Positions 38,741 to 52,300 are shown, counted from the whole stretch's first letter. The stretch is DNA of 63,362 nucleotides, filler included, from Nemertoderma westbladi (GCA_032718475.1; 3 parts of 3 records of this genome joined end to end with filler, not necessarily neighbours in it); one strand, 5' to 3'. Numbers and translations are program-made. The notes: generated by a model from the sequence alone, not told the origin.

Positions 38741-39473
38741 GTTTGAATGTGCGTGGTGGTGGGTTTGCCACAATATATATTACATTAATATTAATACAAT
38801 CGATTACAGTTGTATTTACTATTAGATGCATAATTAAGCCTTTGTGGTAAAAGTTATCTTTAGCATGCATGGCTAAGGTAGGCGTAGCGGGCGCACTACA
38901 CGGGAATGGCGACGGAGTGAATTGAGGATCCAATGCACGGCGGTGGTGCTGGCAAAGCGAGTGACTGTTGGGGATAGGCTGATTGAAGTCTAGTGACAGG
39001 GGACCACCAGTCGCTTTAAGGTAGTGAGGGTAGGGCAATGCAGATCCTGTCTCTCCTTAATTAAGTTGTTTAGGGGGGGAAATCATATTAGGCTTAGGTG
39101 ACCTGGGTTTTCTACATTAAGCTCTACGCTAAGCGCCTGGGCTAGCGCTAGGGCTAGGCTACGCTAAACTACGCTAAGTGCTATACATTAAGCTAAAACA
39201 CTACAATTTGGTACGCCAAGTGCTGGGACGCTAAGTGACTATTTTGGTATGCAAAGTGGAGGTAATGCGTCACGTCACGGTGGTAAGTTTGATTGTAGTA
39301 TTGTTTGGGAAATGTTTGACTATACTGTATGTTGTAATGTTTTAGTTAGAGGCTATTTCTTGATTGTTTTCTGTTTCTAAAATAAATGCTTGGATGTATC
39401 CATGATTCAGCTGAATCATGCTTGTATAGTAATTCAATAGTTTTCCAGGCGATACCGGGGGATAGGGATTTTT

Positions 39474-39575
39474 ATGGGTGATAGGGAGTTGTGGCGGTGC
39501 AATTTTGTCAATAAGCCGGCACAGCATTCTTAAAAATGCAGATGCAATGCAGCATGCCGATCATAGTAGTAGTAG
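39474..39575 (+). mobile_element. Short 3'-end copy of the RTE family
   Basis: Near-identical to the reverse complement of 33722-33823, with (TAG)n tail. Confidence 0.88.
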
Positions 39576-39699
39576 GGGGACGACTAGCAGTCCTGTATCA
39601 CGGGATCGTAGCTGGCGAGGGGGGTCGTAAGGCGTCAGAAGGTCTGGCCTACTGACCTATTATTTAAGATGGCGCTTAAATTAGGACACCATAGTCAGA

Positions 39700-39791
39700 G
39701 TGTAGGCCTACTACTTTGCGACTGCTGCACTACAGTTCTGTGTAACTACACAGAACTGCAGTGTAGCAGTCGCAATGCAGTAGGCCTACAC
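39700..39791. repeat. Palindrome, 45-bp arms, 2-nt loop, 4 mismatches
   Basis: GTGTAGGCCTACT...TTCTGTGTA-AC-TACACAGAA...AGTAGGCCTACAC. Confidence 0.88.
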
Positions 39792-40232
39792 CAGGTTCAC
39801 CAGTCAGTCTGTTCACATGCGCCACTTGCCTGGCAGTCACTGTACGTACAGTGTACTCATGTAAACCGGAGGTACCGTATGCCGTAATACGTATGCAGTG
39901 TTGGGTTAGGGTACCGGCTAACCGGACCCGTTCCTTCAACTTTACCCCTTCAGGATGTAGCTTTCTTTTAATACACTGATCAGCTGATACTGAATTGATT
40001 CATCCAAGCCGCCATTGGTCAAAACCAACAACCAACCAGCAGACAGTATTTGGTATTAAATTACTTTTAAGGGCGAAAATGGGGCGAAATTATCGGATTT
40101 TATTAATTAAAAAATGTCAAGTGTGCCTTCTAATAATACCGAATTTAACTGTAAAGCGAGATTTTGTAGATTTTTTTATAATTTCAAAAGTTTATACTTT
40201 CGCTTTGTCGATATTTTTGGGTTTTATAACTA

Positions 40233-40383
40233 CATCTTAAAGGACACTGGCCTCGAAGATGCGGATGATCTAGCAAATGTCATGGGTGATAGGGAGTTGT
40301 GGCGGCGCAATTTTGTCGACAAGCCGGCACAACTTTCTTGAAAATGCAGCTGCAATGCAGCATGCCGATCCTAATAGTAGTAG
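40233..40383 (+). mobile_element. Short 3'-end copy of the RTE family
   Basis: Encodes ILKDTGLEDADDLANVMGDRELWR, followed by the same UTR and tail. Confidence 0.88.
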
Positions 40384-40449
40384 GTCTTGTCCAACCAATT
40401 TTTTCGCCCACCAACCCTATTGTATTACTAATTTATTGGAATTTATTAC

Positions 40450-40575
40450 CGTCACATGTGGAGATTCCATTTCCCGAATAACCAGATTTGCAACCACAAC
40501 TAAATCCACCTGCATTATTGGTACAGTCAGCATTAGTGTGGCAGTTGTCCGTTTGTAGTGTACATTCATCCTCAT
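40450..40575 (-). CDS. Calcium-binding EGF exon
   Basis: TTTATAG|ATGAGGATGAATGT...G|GTAATA; DEDECTLQTDNCHTNADCTNNAGGFSCGCKSGYSGNGISTCD; phase 1-1; not in ORF track. Confidence 0.9.
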
Positions 40576-40936
40576 CTATAAAAATGATTTAATATAATTA
40601 TGCTGTAAGTAAACATACGCGAAATATGCCAAATAAACATTAATTAAACTAATATATCTCGTTCTGTAATAATAATAAAAAAGTGACATTCAGACTCATG
40701 AAACAGCAGATGAAATTTAAAAGTAAGTTGTTATTGTATTAGTGAACACTAGGAACAGTGTTTTGTTAGTTGTATAGTGATGGAGAGATGTTGTGGTGAT
40801 AATTCAAAACTGTAACAAAGTCGGAAATACTGTACACATCTGTGAAATATATCTGCGATAGTTGTAATAGTATTAGGTTTTCTCCTCTACACGAATACTC
40901 TGACCTTTAATTACAAATAAAAAGAATCAATATATA

Positions 40937-41934
40937 TAGGCGAGTCAATCTAGCCGAAAAAGGGGTCGTCAACCCATAACAAATTCGCAATTCATCCAAA
41001 CCAATTTTTTTTTATTCTATATTACCTTGTTAATACCCCCAAAAAAGTCTATAAAAATATATTATGCGGATCACCTTCAATTTCCTGTTTCTTTCCTTAG
41101 CAACATGGATTTTACATAGCAACAAGGGGTCTATAAGTGGTATTTTCTCCAAATTTGGTACAAACAAACTTTACTCTAATGACTATCGATTGACAGAAGT
41201 ATGCACTTCTATATGGTTACCAATTTAGTTTCCAGAGCAACGGAAATTTGTCTAATAATTTAACCATTTTTAATACCAATTTTCCTCGTACAATATAAGG
41301 ACCTTATTTACACAACTTCTCTACTAAACGGGTGGATGTAACCTCGCCCATCGGATTTATCGACCTCAAAAACCCTTATCCTCAAAAAATTTATTTGTTA
41401 TATAATAAACTATTGTGGTTTTCAAACTAAAACAAATAAATAAATTACATCTAAAATCAATAGAGCAATCACAATTTAATTATGTGAAAAATCTTCACTA
41501 ACATTAATGGAAATTATCAAATTTCCTTGCAGTGGAATTGTATAATTTTTTTACAACAGTTACCTTAATATATCTTGAAGTTTTTGATATATTTAAAAAT
41601 TTGATGCGCCTTCTAGTTTCCGAGATATACCAATTAATGTGTAACACGCCAGTGTAAATATTACTAATTTCACATTGAATCACAGCTTATTGTGAAATTA
41701 ATCAAATTATTCTGGAACATCACCATTTGCTACTTACTTTTCCCTACTGTTCCATTTGTTTGGCTTGTCTTATGCAAATTTACGCAGAATTTCCATGAAT
41801 AAACATATGATCCGCAAAATAAAATTTTATAGAATTTTTTTTGGTCATATTAATAAGGTAATATAGAATCCAAAATGTGTGGTTCGGATTGATTGCGAAA
41901 TACTTATGGGTTTTTTGCTAGATTGACTCGACTA
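40937..41934. mobile_element. TA-flanked MITE (Tc1/mariner/pogo type) with ~150-bp imperfect TIRs
   Basis: TAG(G/T)CGAGTCAATCTAGC at both ends, inverted; further inverted blocks ATATTACCTT and GCGGATCA. Confidence 0.75.
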
Positions 41935-42023
41935 TATAAGGCAATCTCATTAATAATAGTTAGAGATGTTGCGGTCTATTGACAATGAGATATCGTACAG
42001 GTGTATTAATTAGCATGGGCTAA

Positions 42024-43852
42024 AGGCCTGTTTACAAGTGACAACTTTTAAAGCAACTTTTTCGGCAACTAGCAACTATTTTTGCAGCAACTTAAATTAA
42101 GCGCTGTTTACACGTGGTAACTTTACCAGCAACTTAATATATTATTATTATTAGAATTTACCACAACTTTAACAAATTAATGTTCTAGTTAGATCACAAA
42201 CGAATAATAGCGAATAATTTCAGCGTAATAGCATAATAGCAGCATAATAGCAGCAGCGGGGTAAATGATACATATTTCTAGCGGTACCTAATATATTACA
42301 CTTCATATTAGAACAAATTATATCTACTGTATATTTCAACTTACTAATTGCAGTTAGGGAAGCCCATTAATAGTATAGGTAGTCCAAATCCAATTCACGT
42401 TTTATACGGTTAAATTTGTATTTATTAAATGTTAATTTTTCTCACTTATACCTTATACCAACCCCGGCTGCCCAAAACTTCCCAATCGAGCCTCCCGAGT
42501 TCTGGATGCCATAATGATGTACATTCCGAGTTTGATGGACCAGGTTGCATTGCTGCTGCGAGTCCTGCGGAATAAGTCCTGGAATTTTAAAAGAGATGGA
42601 TGAAGTGCGAAATAATGACCAAGGTATTTCTCACGGATTTCTGAATACGCCGTACAGACTAGAAGAAAATGATATTCCGACTCAACCATGTCACGATTTC
42701 CACATAAACGGCATACTCTGTCATTCCTTGGAATCTCGTACCATCTCCCAGACTCAATGGCAAGATGATGCGATGAACAACGTAGTTGCGAAATTGATCT
42801 TCGCAATAAGACATGACCCTTCAGACAGTCCAAATAGGGCTCACAGGCAAAGGAGTCTTTACAATAAAGAGTACCTTTTGGGGATGTCTCAACATCTGTC
42901 CACCATTCTTGTATGAAAATATCCTGCAACCTCGACCTGAACTTGTTGACGAAGGAGGTTTCAGATTCCACTAACTGGGCATTCCACACTCCAGAAAATC
43001 CTGTTGCATTCAACAGGTCCCTCACTCTAGAAACCCAATTTGTTGCTCTCCTTACTAGGACATCGTCCATATAGCAACTTGACCGGCAACTTTTAGAGCA
43101 ACTTGGCTAGTACACCCCTCACCAATCTACTAGCTAGTTTTTGATAATTCCTTTCTTTGAAATGTACCAAATTTTATTTTGAAAAAATAAATTTTCAAGA
43201 ACAAATATTTTTTGTTCTAGAAGATTTGTTAGACAAAGGTCTTGTTTGTGTTTGATAAGCATGGGATGGATATACTGTAATACGTGTATAACATTAATAG
43301 AATAATTTCTTTTTTATTTTGAAATTTTTCAATTAATTTATCATCATAGCTAGTAAAATTTAAGGTAACTACGGTAATAAATAATAAAATCATTGATAAA
43401 AGTAATTTTAATAAGAAAATATTTTTTCAGATTTTCAATTTTTATTGTTTCACTAGCTAATAAAAAGTACTAGCTAATTCAAATTTAAAATTTCTAGATA
43501 CAATCTTACTGTCAGAAGGCTCAAAAATGTGTTCTAGAACAAAGACCTCATGATAAAAGCTAATTTTCACAAGAAAAAGATTTCAGAACAGGAACAAGAA
43601 AAGGATTTCTCTCACAAATTACCGCTTTATTAACGCTTTATTAACGCTTAATTACCGCTTAATTTAATTTGATTATTCCGGGCCCACGCAAATTCATTCG
43701 AGATGCCGTAAAAGTTGAGCAACATTTACGACAACGTTTTTTTAAAGCAACCTACGTGTTTACACGGAGCAACTTGATCGGCAACCTGGTTTGCTCTACA
43801 AGTTGCCGAGAAAGTTGCTCTAATAGTTGCCACGTGTAAAGTAAACCGGCCT
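42024..43852. mobile_element. PIF/Harbinger-type MITE with nested insertions
   Basis: TIR AGGCC(T/G)GTTTAC followed by GCAACTT subrepeats at both ends; TAA flanks. Confidence 0.65.
42453..43070 (-). mobile_element. Non-LTR retrotransposon C-terminal zinc-finger fragment (RTEX/Crack-like), 5'-truncated
   Basis: LRCSSHHLAIESGRW...RVCRLC...ESEYHFLLVCTAYSEIR. Confidence 0.8.
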
Positions 43853-43855
43853 TAA

Positions 43856-45108
43856 CCCTATTACCGCTACTGGTGTGTTTAGACCATTAGACCATTTAAA
43901 CCATGTTTAGACCCGGGGTGTCGATTCGGCCCCCCCGCTGTATTTTTGTAATCATCCAATAAAATCCTACGAAATTTGGGCTTAAAAAATGTTCGAAGAA
44001 CATTTTCAAATCCAAAAAAATGAAAATTTCATAAGTTGGTTGTAATAATCTTCATGAAAAATAGAAGTTGTCTGAGGACAAAATATACATTTTTTTGTTA
44101 TTCTAAAAACTGATAGTGTGGCATTGTTGGCTAGCATTAGTAGTTTTTTCACAACGCTGAATCGAATGTGATTATATTCCATTTCCATTTGAAAATATTA
44201 TCGAAGCCTGAAGACTTAGTGGGTCGTCCTTTTTTGAGCACCAAAATTAGGGTGTGGCACTTCAAATATTGAAAAATACGAGATTGGGGAAATAAACCAA
44301 AGTTGAGATTTTAACGCACATTTATAGGTTTTCTGGTCCGCTGAATCTATTATAGAAGCCTGAAAACTTAGTGGTTCGGCATTTTGGTGCACCAAAATTA
44401 GGGAGTCCCACGCCCTAATTGTGGTGTACCAATAATGAGGTACCACTAAGACTTGAAGCTTAAATATTACTTTCAATCGATTCAGCGGTGGTCCAGATAA
44501 CCTATAAAATAAAAATGTGTTGAAATGAAAACCTAGTGGTATTTTCTGAATATCGTAATTTTAAAAAATTTGAAGTAAGCCTACTTGCCACGCCCTAATT
44601 TTGGTGCACCAAAAACGATGTACCACTAAGAATTGAGTCTTCTATATTATTTTCAATCGATTAAGCGGCCAGAAAACCCATAAAAATGCGTTGAAATCAA
44701 AACTTCGGAGTATTTAACGAATATTGCAATTTTGAAAATTTGAAGTCCCACGCCCTAATTTTAGTGCACCAAAATTGACGTACCACTTCCCTTACATACT
44801 TATATAGAGTATAGTAGAGTGCTCCATACGAATCTTAATCAATAAAAAAAGCCCCAACATAAAGAATTACTAACTCACAAATGACCTTGTAAAATTCGAA
44901 AATTTCATCAAAGTTTCTGCTGTGGACCAAATTTTGAGGTGGCACCCTCATCGAAAAGTTGAAATCTAATTGCAACGCCGTTTTTTTGCAAATGATGCGC
45001 CATTAAATTTGACATATTCTTGTAAAAAATTGGGCTGGTACATAATGTGGTTGCATAGATACAGCAATTAAAATATAGGAAGGAGCCGATTCGAAGGTGT
45101 TAATAGGG
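43856..45108. mobile_element. piggyBac-type MITE with internal ~180-bp repeats
   Basis: TTAA|CCCTATTA ... TAATAGGG|TTAA; internal CACGCCCTAATT(T)TGGTG repeats in both orientations. Confidence 0.75.
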
Positions 45109-45174
45109 TTAATAATAAATATAAGTCCAATGATTAAATAAGAATAAAAATAAAGTATTATTACATTATTTTAC

Positions 45175-45297
45175 CTTCACATGTTACACCATTACCAGAG
45201 TAACCAGTATGACAGGTGCAACTAAACCCAGGGATAGAGTTGAAACAATTTGCTTCTATGTGGCAGTTGTGAGTGTTACTAAGGCATTCATTGTCGT
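45175..45297 (-). CDS. Calcium-binding EGF exon
   Basis: TTTCAG|ACGACAATGAATGC...G|GTAAAA; DDNECLSNTHNCHIEANCFNSIPGFSCTCHTGYSGNGVTCE; phase 1-1. Confidence 0.9.
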
Positions 45298-45912
45298 CTG
45301 AAATTAATGGAAAGGCAATGGAATTATTGAAAATAAAAATTTTAATTATTACTGTTTTATTTGTCACACAATAATATTACTGGACATTTTTTATAACGAT
45401 TTTAGAGCGGCATTTTAAGTAAATCTGTGTCAGATGCAATCATCGTGGTATGCCATGCATTTTGGAAATCCGAAAAGGTAATCCTCCTTTACTGTGGAGG
45501 TTTTTTCAAGGTCAATTATGCTCAGGGGAGAAATATCGTGTTAAATGACTGGAGTAGTTGTGGCTGTTGTTAGGCCCTTCAACATTTTTACATAAGTTGT
45601 TATAACAAATGTAGTTCAAGGTCTACACCCACCGACACCGACAGAGGTACCAAAAAGAAAGGGTATTACTACATCGAGCTTTCACCCTCTCGTAGATACC
45701 TTCCTCCCTCAGGCTTTATTAAGCAGTTCAAAGTAAAAATAAATACCACAATATACAGTAGGTTCCGGTACCAGCGAAACAGTGATACGTGGCCATCGTG
45801 CAACACGAGCCTAATTCTACAAGACAGGGGGGGGGGGGGGGGGGGGGAGGGGGACACAAATCCCGCCTTGGCGAATTAATATCCTGCCTCAATGTTAAAT
45901 TCTTAATTTAGG

Positions 45913-46464
45913 TGTAAGCTGATTCAATTCCCTGCACTACCAACCAAAAATGGGATTAGTGGCATTTTCGCCAACCACAGGGAAAGTTGAGAGGTCAAAC
46001 CATCTCAGAGGGACAAAGGGGCTAGCAAGGCTAGCACGTAGGGATAGTGGCAACAGGGAGTGGCGAGGTGACAATTAATCAGGTTGAGCCAATGATGGGT
46101 GGGAAAACACATTGGAAGTGATTAGAGCGCATTTATTGGACAGGCCACTCAGTAGAGTAGAGGTGATTTAATATGTGTTAATAATATAACCGTTGTACTT
46201 ATTGATTCTGATTCAGTTGGTTTCTATACAGTTGTGAGACCGGAACAGTTTTTAACCGTCGTCATTACCGTGCTATTATTTTCTGACTGTGCTATTATTA
46301 TGTTCTGTGATTACAGCAACTGACAGTTAAAACTCAGTTATTTCAACGGCCTACGGCCTATTACATATATCCAGACTACAGCTTTAGCAGCCTACGGACG
46401 CAGCGATGCGTATAACACACACCGGTCGGGATTCATACTGCCAACTCCGTTGGATCCCGTCACA
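45913..46464 (+). mobile_element. Solo LTR with 5-bp TSD TTAGG (divergent relative of the other two LTRs)
   Basis: TGTAAGCTGATTCAATTCC...GGATCCCGTCACA; TTAGG at 45908-45912 and 46465-46469. Confidence 0.85.
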
Positions 46465-46549
46465 TTAGGGAAAGGAACAGGTTACATTGGCACGTTATTT
46501 TAATCAAAACAATCAACTAAATACAATAGAACAGGTTACAGAACAGGTG

Positions 46550-47495
46550 CCATCCAGAGTTGAACCAATTAGGTTGAACGAGCTGTATGCCTCGCAGTTG
46601 ATCATGCTGTTTCTCCACTTTTTGTTTATAAGGATGTAATCCAGTTGTGGTTTGGTTCCATTAGGGTATTGAAAGGTCCATAGCTTCCCCTTACTCTTTT
46701 CGAATGTGTTGTTTGTTGGTATCAATTCACACTCTTCCGTTAGGTCTAAAAGTAAATACCCATTTCTGTTAGAACTGGTGTTATAGGTGTAACCCTTGAT
46801 GTCTTCTGGGCCAATTTGTGCATTCAGGTCACCAGCAATGACTAAAACAGTGTGTTTCGGAATGTCCTTTATAAGTCCAGTCAGTTCTTCATAATACTTG
46901 ACTGCTTGTTCTGGCTCTGAGGCATTGGCTGGACAGTAGCAACATATAACTGTTGTCTTGGGATTCCCATCAAATATTGTGATCATAACCCAGGAATTTA
47001 TAGATTCGATGTTGTTTAGTTTAGGGTCTTAAGTGCAAATAGGCTTAGCAGAATTCCTAGTCCACCAATTGATGCATTGGCCGAGTTTCTTACTGCTGAG
47101 CTTGTTACTAACGTCCATCCAATTCCAATGTCATTGTACTTCATGGCAGTGTATTCATGACAAATCCGATGTTCTTGGATGCAGATGATGTCGATGTTAT
47201 ATTCCATTGCCAGAGCCACCATGTCACCCTGTTTGCTATGTGAGTTCAGCATGCATGTGTTCATTGTAGCAATCTTTAGTGTCTTTTTACGTTTCAACAG
47301 GTTGGTTTTTTTTCTTTTCTGTCTTCTGTTCCAGTAGCCAATTTATCAACTCCAGCCTGGTGTACCACTGAGGGACGCGGTCCTTGTTTTCCATTGCGAC
47401 GACCGCGCCGGTATTTAACCTGGAGGGTACTCATACTCATATCTTTCAGTTGCGAGAGTAAACCGCTTGTGTTCGCAACTCTTTCTTGCGTCGAA
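46550..47495 (-). mobile_element. RTE-group 5' UTR and APE endonuclease, decayed
   Basis: KIATMN, DIICIQEHR, GGLGILLS, IAGDLNAQIG, NRNG, WTFQYPNG...QLDYILIN. Confidence 0.85.
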
Positions 47496-48152
47496 TGGAG
47501 TTACCATCACCCCATCATCATTATGATGATCTAAGGACATACATTGAACATGTCAACCACAATTATGAACAAGAATGGCGCAAGTGTGTCTCCTTGGAGG
47601 ACTCCCCATAATACTTCAAATGGTTCTGTGTCACCATCAACAGTAGACACAAATGTTGTCGAACCATCGTATACTGATCTGATTGCTGCAATAATTTCAT
47701 CAAGAATCCCATATAATGAAAGTATGTTGAACATACACGTGAGCGAGAGACTGAATCAAAGGCCTTGAAGAAGTCAACAAAGAAACAGGCAGCCTGTCTT
47801 TCTTTTTTGACAACTCTTCAATTATCCTTCTAATTGCCAAAATGGGCTCCATGGTCCCACGACCTTTACGGAACCCATTCTGATTTCCACGGAGCAGTCT
47901 CTCAATGGGATCCCTGATGGTATTTAATAGAATTCTATTGTATAGCTTTGCAGCAATCGAGATCAATGAGATTCCCCGAAAAGAATCATAGAGTGTTAGG
48001 TTGCCCTTCTTGGGAACTGGCACCAACTTATTTGGTTTCATTTCTTGTGGGACTCTTGTTGTTCGGTACATGTCTAATATGATGGGATAGATGAGCTTTA
48101 AACACTCAGGTATTTTAAAGAACTAAGGTTGAACACCATCTACTCCACTGGC
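47496..48152 (-). mobile_element. Second RTE copy, RT middle part (continues at 54349-54534)
   Basis: Near-identical to ~34597-35257 with small indels. Confidence 0.9.
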
Positions 48153-49389
48153 GGATGTAGGACAATTCGGTCCTGGACAATTCGGTCCAGGACAATTCGG
48201 TCCGGACAATTAGGTTCCCGGACAATTCAGTCCGGAAAATTCGGTTCCAAAACACTAAATAAATGGGACCGAATTGTCTGGGACCGAATTGTCCGGGACC
48301 GAATTGTCCGGGATCGAATTGACCAGGACCGAATTTTCAGGGACCGAATTGTCCGGGACCGAATTGTCCGGGACGGAATTGTCCAGGACCGAATTGTCCG
48401 GGACGGAATTGTCCGGGACCGAATTGTGTGGTCCTGAAAGCAACTTTTTAGTGCTTTTTTGATATTGGTGAATGTTCTAGAACATTCGTAGATATATTTT
48501 TATATGGTAGCTAGTGTTTTTTTACTAGCTATAATTTTTTTAAATTTTAAAAATACTGTATCTTTTTAATTATTGTTATTCGTAAGTGTTCGAGAACATT
48601 ATAATATATTAATTATTAAGGTGTAGCTTGTGTTTTTTTTTACTAGCTAGCATTTTCTTGAAATTATAAAAAATTTTGTAAAAACATTGATATTTCAGAA
48701 TTAGGCCCAAACTGTCTCAGAATATATTAATTACCAAAAATAGTGATGATATTATAACAGTTTAAGCTGAACAGAACATTGTGTGGCGGTACAGTTTTTT
48801 TAATCTTAATTCACCAAAGTGTCCCTGAATCAGATCCAACTATTATCTAGGATAATAATTTAGGCTTGTTAACAAACCAAAAACACATATACATACGTAA
48901 TATATATATAAAAAATCAGTTTTAAACAATTTAAATACATACTATTACTAGCTAGTAAATAATTCATAAGCTCCATAAAAACACCATAGCTACCATAACT
49001 AATAATATTAACAAAAAAAAGTAAAATTTTTTTGTTTTCAACAACATACTAGCTAGTAAATATACACTAGCTACCATATAATAATATCTATTAAGGTTCT
49101 AGAACATTCAACATTAAAAAAATTAAGTAAAATTACACGTACAGTAGGTCAATTCAATAAAATATTCATAAAAATAACAGAACAGTACTATAAAATTGTG
49201 CAACGTGCTTGTATTTAAAATGGTTTAGCTATATAAATAGTCAAGTAAAATTCACAAAAATAACAAATAGTTCCGAAGTAAAATGATTGGATTAAAATTA
49301 TTATAATGTACAATATTTACTAAAAGACTAAAAATTCAGTAAAATTTCATAAAACATCAAAATATAAAATGGTTTGGTGTTTGATTATG

Positions 49390-52300
49390 ATGAATGATTA
49401 TGGGTTGAGTAGGTCATCAAGATTCGGGAGACACAAGTTACAATTCATTTGGACACAATTGCAGTTTAATCTCCATGTAAAATTTATATCTACGTCATAT
49501 CGTTTATGGAAATGTCGCCCTAATAGGTCTAGGAGGACCCGAGCCTTTAGTCCAACATGGTTAAAAAATTCAGTTCGCGATGGTAACTGATTAGCTAGAA
49601 GCGGCGCACGGAACCAAAAATTTTGCTTCGAAATGCATTTCCGTGGTTGCGATATATCGAATGAAAGGTGATTTGTACTACAATCTTTACTTTGACGTGC
49701 TGCGTCCAGTCGATGTCATATTTATTATTTATTATTTTTGATAGTGTTAGAAAGTCACATAATTGGAGGTATAAAGATATTGGGAGTATATTTAGTTTTA
49801 ATAGTCTTTGTTTGTATGTATACTCATCACTGCCTAATATACAAATTGTACTTCTGCGTTGGATGCTTTCTACCAGATGGGAATCAGTTTTGTTTGGATA
49901 CCAGCAGGCCGACCCATATGGGTAACACCATGGATTTATACAAATTCAACTTTGCCTGAATAGGAAGTGTTGCTGCACAGTTTTTTCGGATTAATTCAAA
50001 TACATTATTTCCCTTTTTATATTTCTCCTTGATATGCGCTGTCCAGGACAAATTAGACGTAATTGTTATTCCCAAATCTTTTTCTTTATCAACGCACGTT
50101 ATTAATTTTGAGTTTATACTGCGCCCTTCAAGTTCCCCACAAAATACTATCTGCTTACACTTCGACTCATTGAATTCTAACCCGGCTTCCAGACCCCTTG
50201 TAACAAGTTGATAAATATCGAGTTGGGTGTTTATCGGTGATATTGACATTAATTTACAGTCATCTGCGAGAAGATAAGGGATGCTGACACCACAGACTTC
50301 TGGGAGGTCATTGTCCTCGATGAGGAAAAGATGAGGGAGAGATTCCTGAGCCATGCCACTATCTACGTCTCTAGCGGTGGATGTCGCCTTGCCAACCCTT
50401 ACAGATTGAGTTCTTCCAGATAAATAACTACGAATAATATACCAAAGATTTCCTCGTACTCCTATTCTCCACAACTTTTTAAGTAGGGATTCGTGGCTAA
50501 CTGAGTCAAATGCTTTTTGAAAATCAAAGTAAACTGTCTCTACCGCCAACTGCCCATCATCCATACCTTTGTATACATTATACAAAAAAATAAGTTTTGT
50601 GATTGTTGATCTACATTTTCTAAAGCCATGTTGGGCGTTGTGTAGTCGCTCCCTCGCCTGTTCATATCCTGCAATGAATATACACCGTTCGAATACTTTC
50701 CCTGGGATTGCGAGAAGTGAAATCGGGCGGTACAAAATTATTTTAATTTTACTCCCAAATCTCATGTTTCCACACAATCGGAAAATAGTTGACTTTTTTC
50801 AGTATTTTAAATATTGTAGACAAAGAAGGTGCAAGGACTTTCGCTAACGATTTAAGAATTCCAGGCGAAATATTATTTGGTCCACGGGATTTAGTAACAT
50901 CAAGAGCGGACAGAATATTCTCCACGGTCTCTACCGAAACATCATAGTTGCTGGGCGTTGTGAAGTTTGGGGGATCAACAATATCAATTGGAGGGGAGAC
51001 CTTGCTAGTAGGTAGTCGAGGTGTTTTAAAAACAGATTGGAAAAATTCATTAAAAAGCTCAGCTTGTTCAATGACCGTGGAGGCAATGTGATTTCTGTAA
51101 TGCAAAACTGGGGGTAGTTGTGATGATCTGCGGAGACTTTTAAAGTATTTAAATAAGTGTCTCATCGATCTCGAGTTTGAAAGGCGTGTCTCATATTGCG
51201 CTTGATCTTCTATAATGTCACTTACAATGTCTTTTTGGAGTTGATCAAATTTCATCTGTAATGTAGGTGCAGGTGATTTATATTTAGAGGTTTTCCGTTG
51301 TACTGTATGTAGCTATTTTACTTTGTGGGATGTTTTTTGTGAAATCCATGGTGGTTGAGATGCCCTGTGGATGGTCCGTTTTGGTACACAACTGTCAATT
51401 ACTTTATATATCCATTTGTACCACTTTTCAATAATCAAGTCATAATCCACCACATTATCTACTATAGGAGATTCTAACACAAATGGATGTGCGGTGCAAA
51501 CTTGAGTTGCTTTCAGTACGTCGATTTTGCAAAAACTGTAATATACCATCGTATGTGAATCATATTCGCACTGTGTTTGTGTGTTCTTCACAGATCGTAG
51601 GTTTAATAAGCAGACGACAGGGTCATGATCCGATTTGATTTGATATGCATTCAACTGTCTGGTAAGATTATTGTCAATTTCCGTATTGAGAACTGCAGTG
51701 TCAGTAAGTGCGATAAAAACATCAAGGGTATTAGTGTTAGGTGCTTAAGCGATATGGGCACTTCTCAGGGGGGTTGTATATGCACAAAATTAAACAACGC
51801 CAAGCATTAAAATTGCACTGACAAATCGCAACAGATGATGCAAGAGGTTTAGAAGCACCCGGGATCTCTTCGGAGTGTAGTTAATCCCAGATTTTATTGC
51901 AATAAGGACACACACCACCATGAGAAGACACCCCATTCTCACTCACTTCACGCTCGGTATGTACTAAATTATAACCTGAGAAAAACAATTCACGATCTAG
52001 GATATCAGTCGTTAACCACGTTTCAGTTATACACAATATACAATAATTATGTAAAAAATTAAATTTGCTAAACTTTTACGTCTGTGTAGATTGAGGAGAC
52101 TACTTGCGTTATATAGCAATTAGTTCGCAGTGACATGATATAATTGGCACATCTGGTGAGGTATGGGATGCAGTATGCAGAGTCTCTGGAGACTCGTCCG
52201 CCACCTGAGACCCAACAGTCTCTGGATACTTGACAACTCCCTCAGACCCGACAGTCTCTGGAGACCCGACCACTCCCTCAGACCAGACTATCTCTAGAGA

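Noticed and set aside
48129-48462. Repetitive ORFs (DRIVR/GTELS/PDNSV; likewise 55111-55485, 1327-2116, 12433-12734)
   Set aside because: Translations of tandem repeats, not genes
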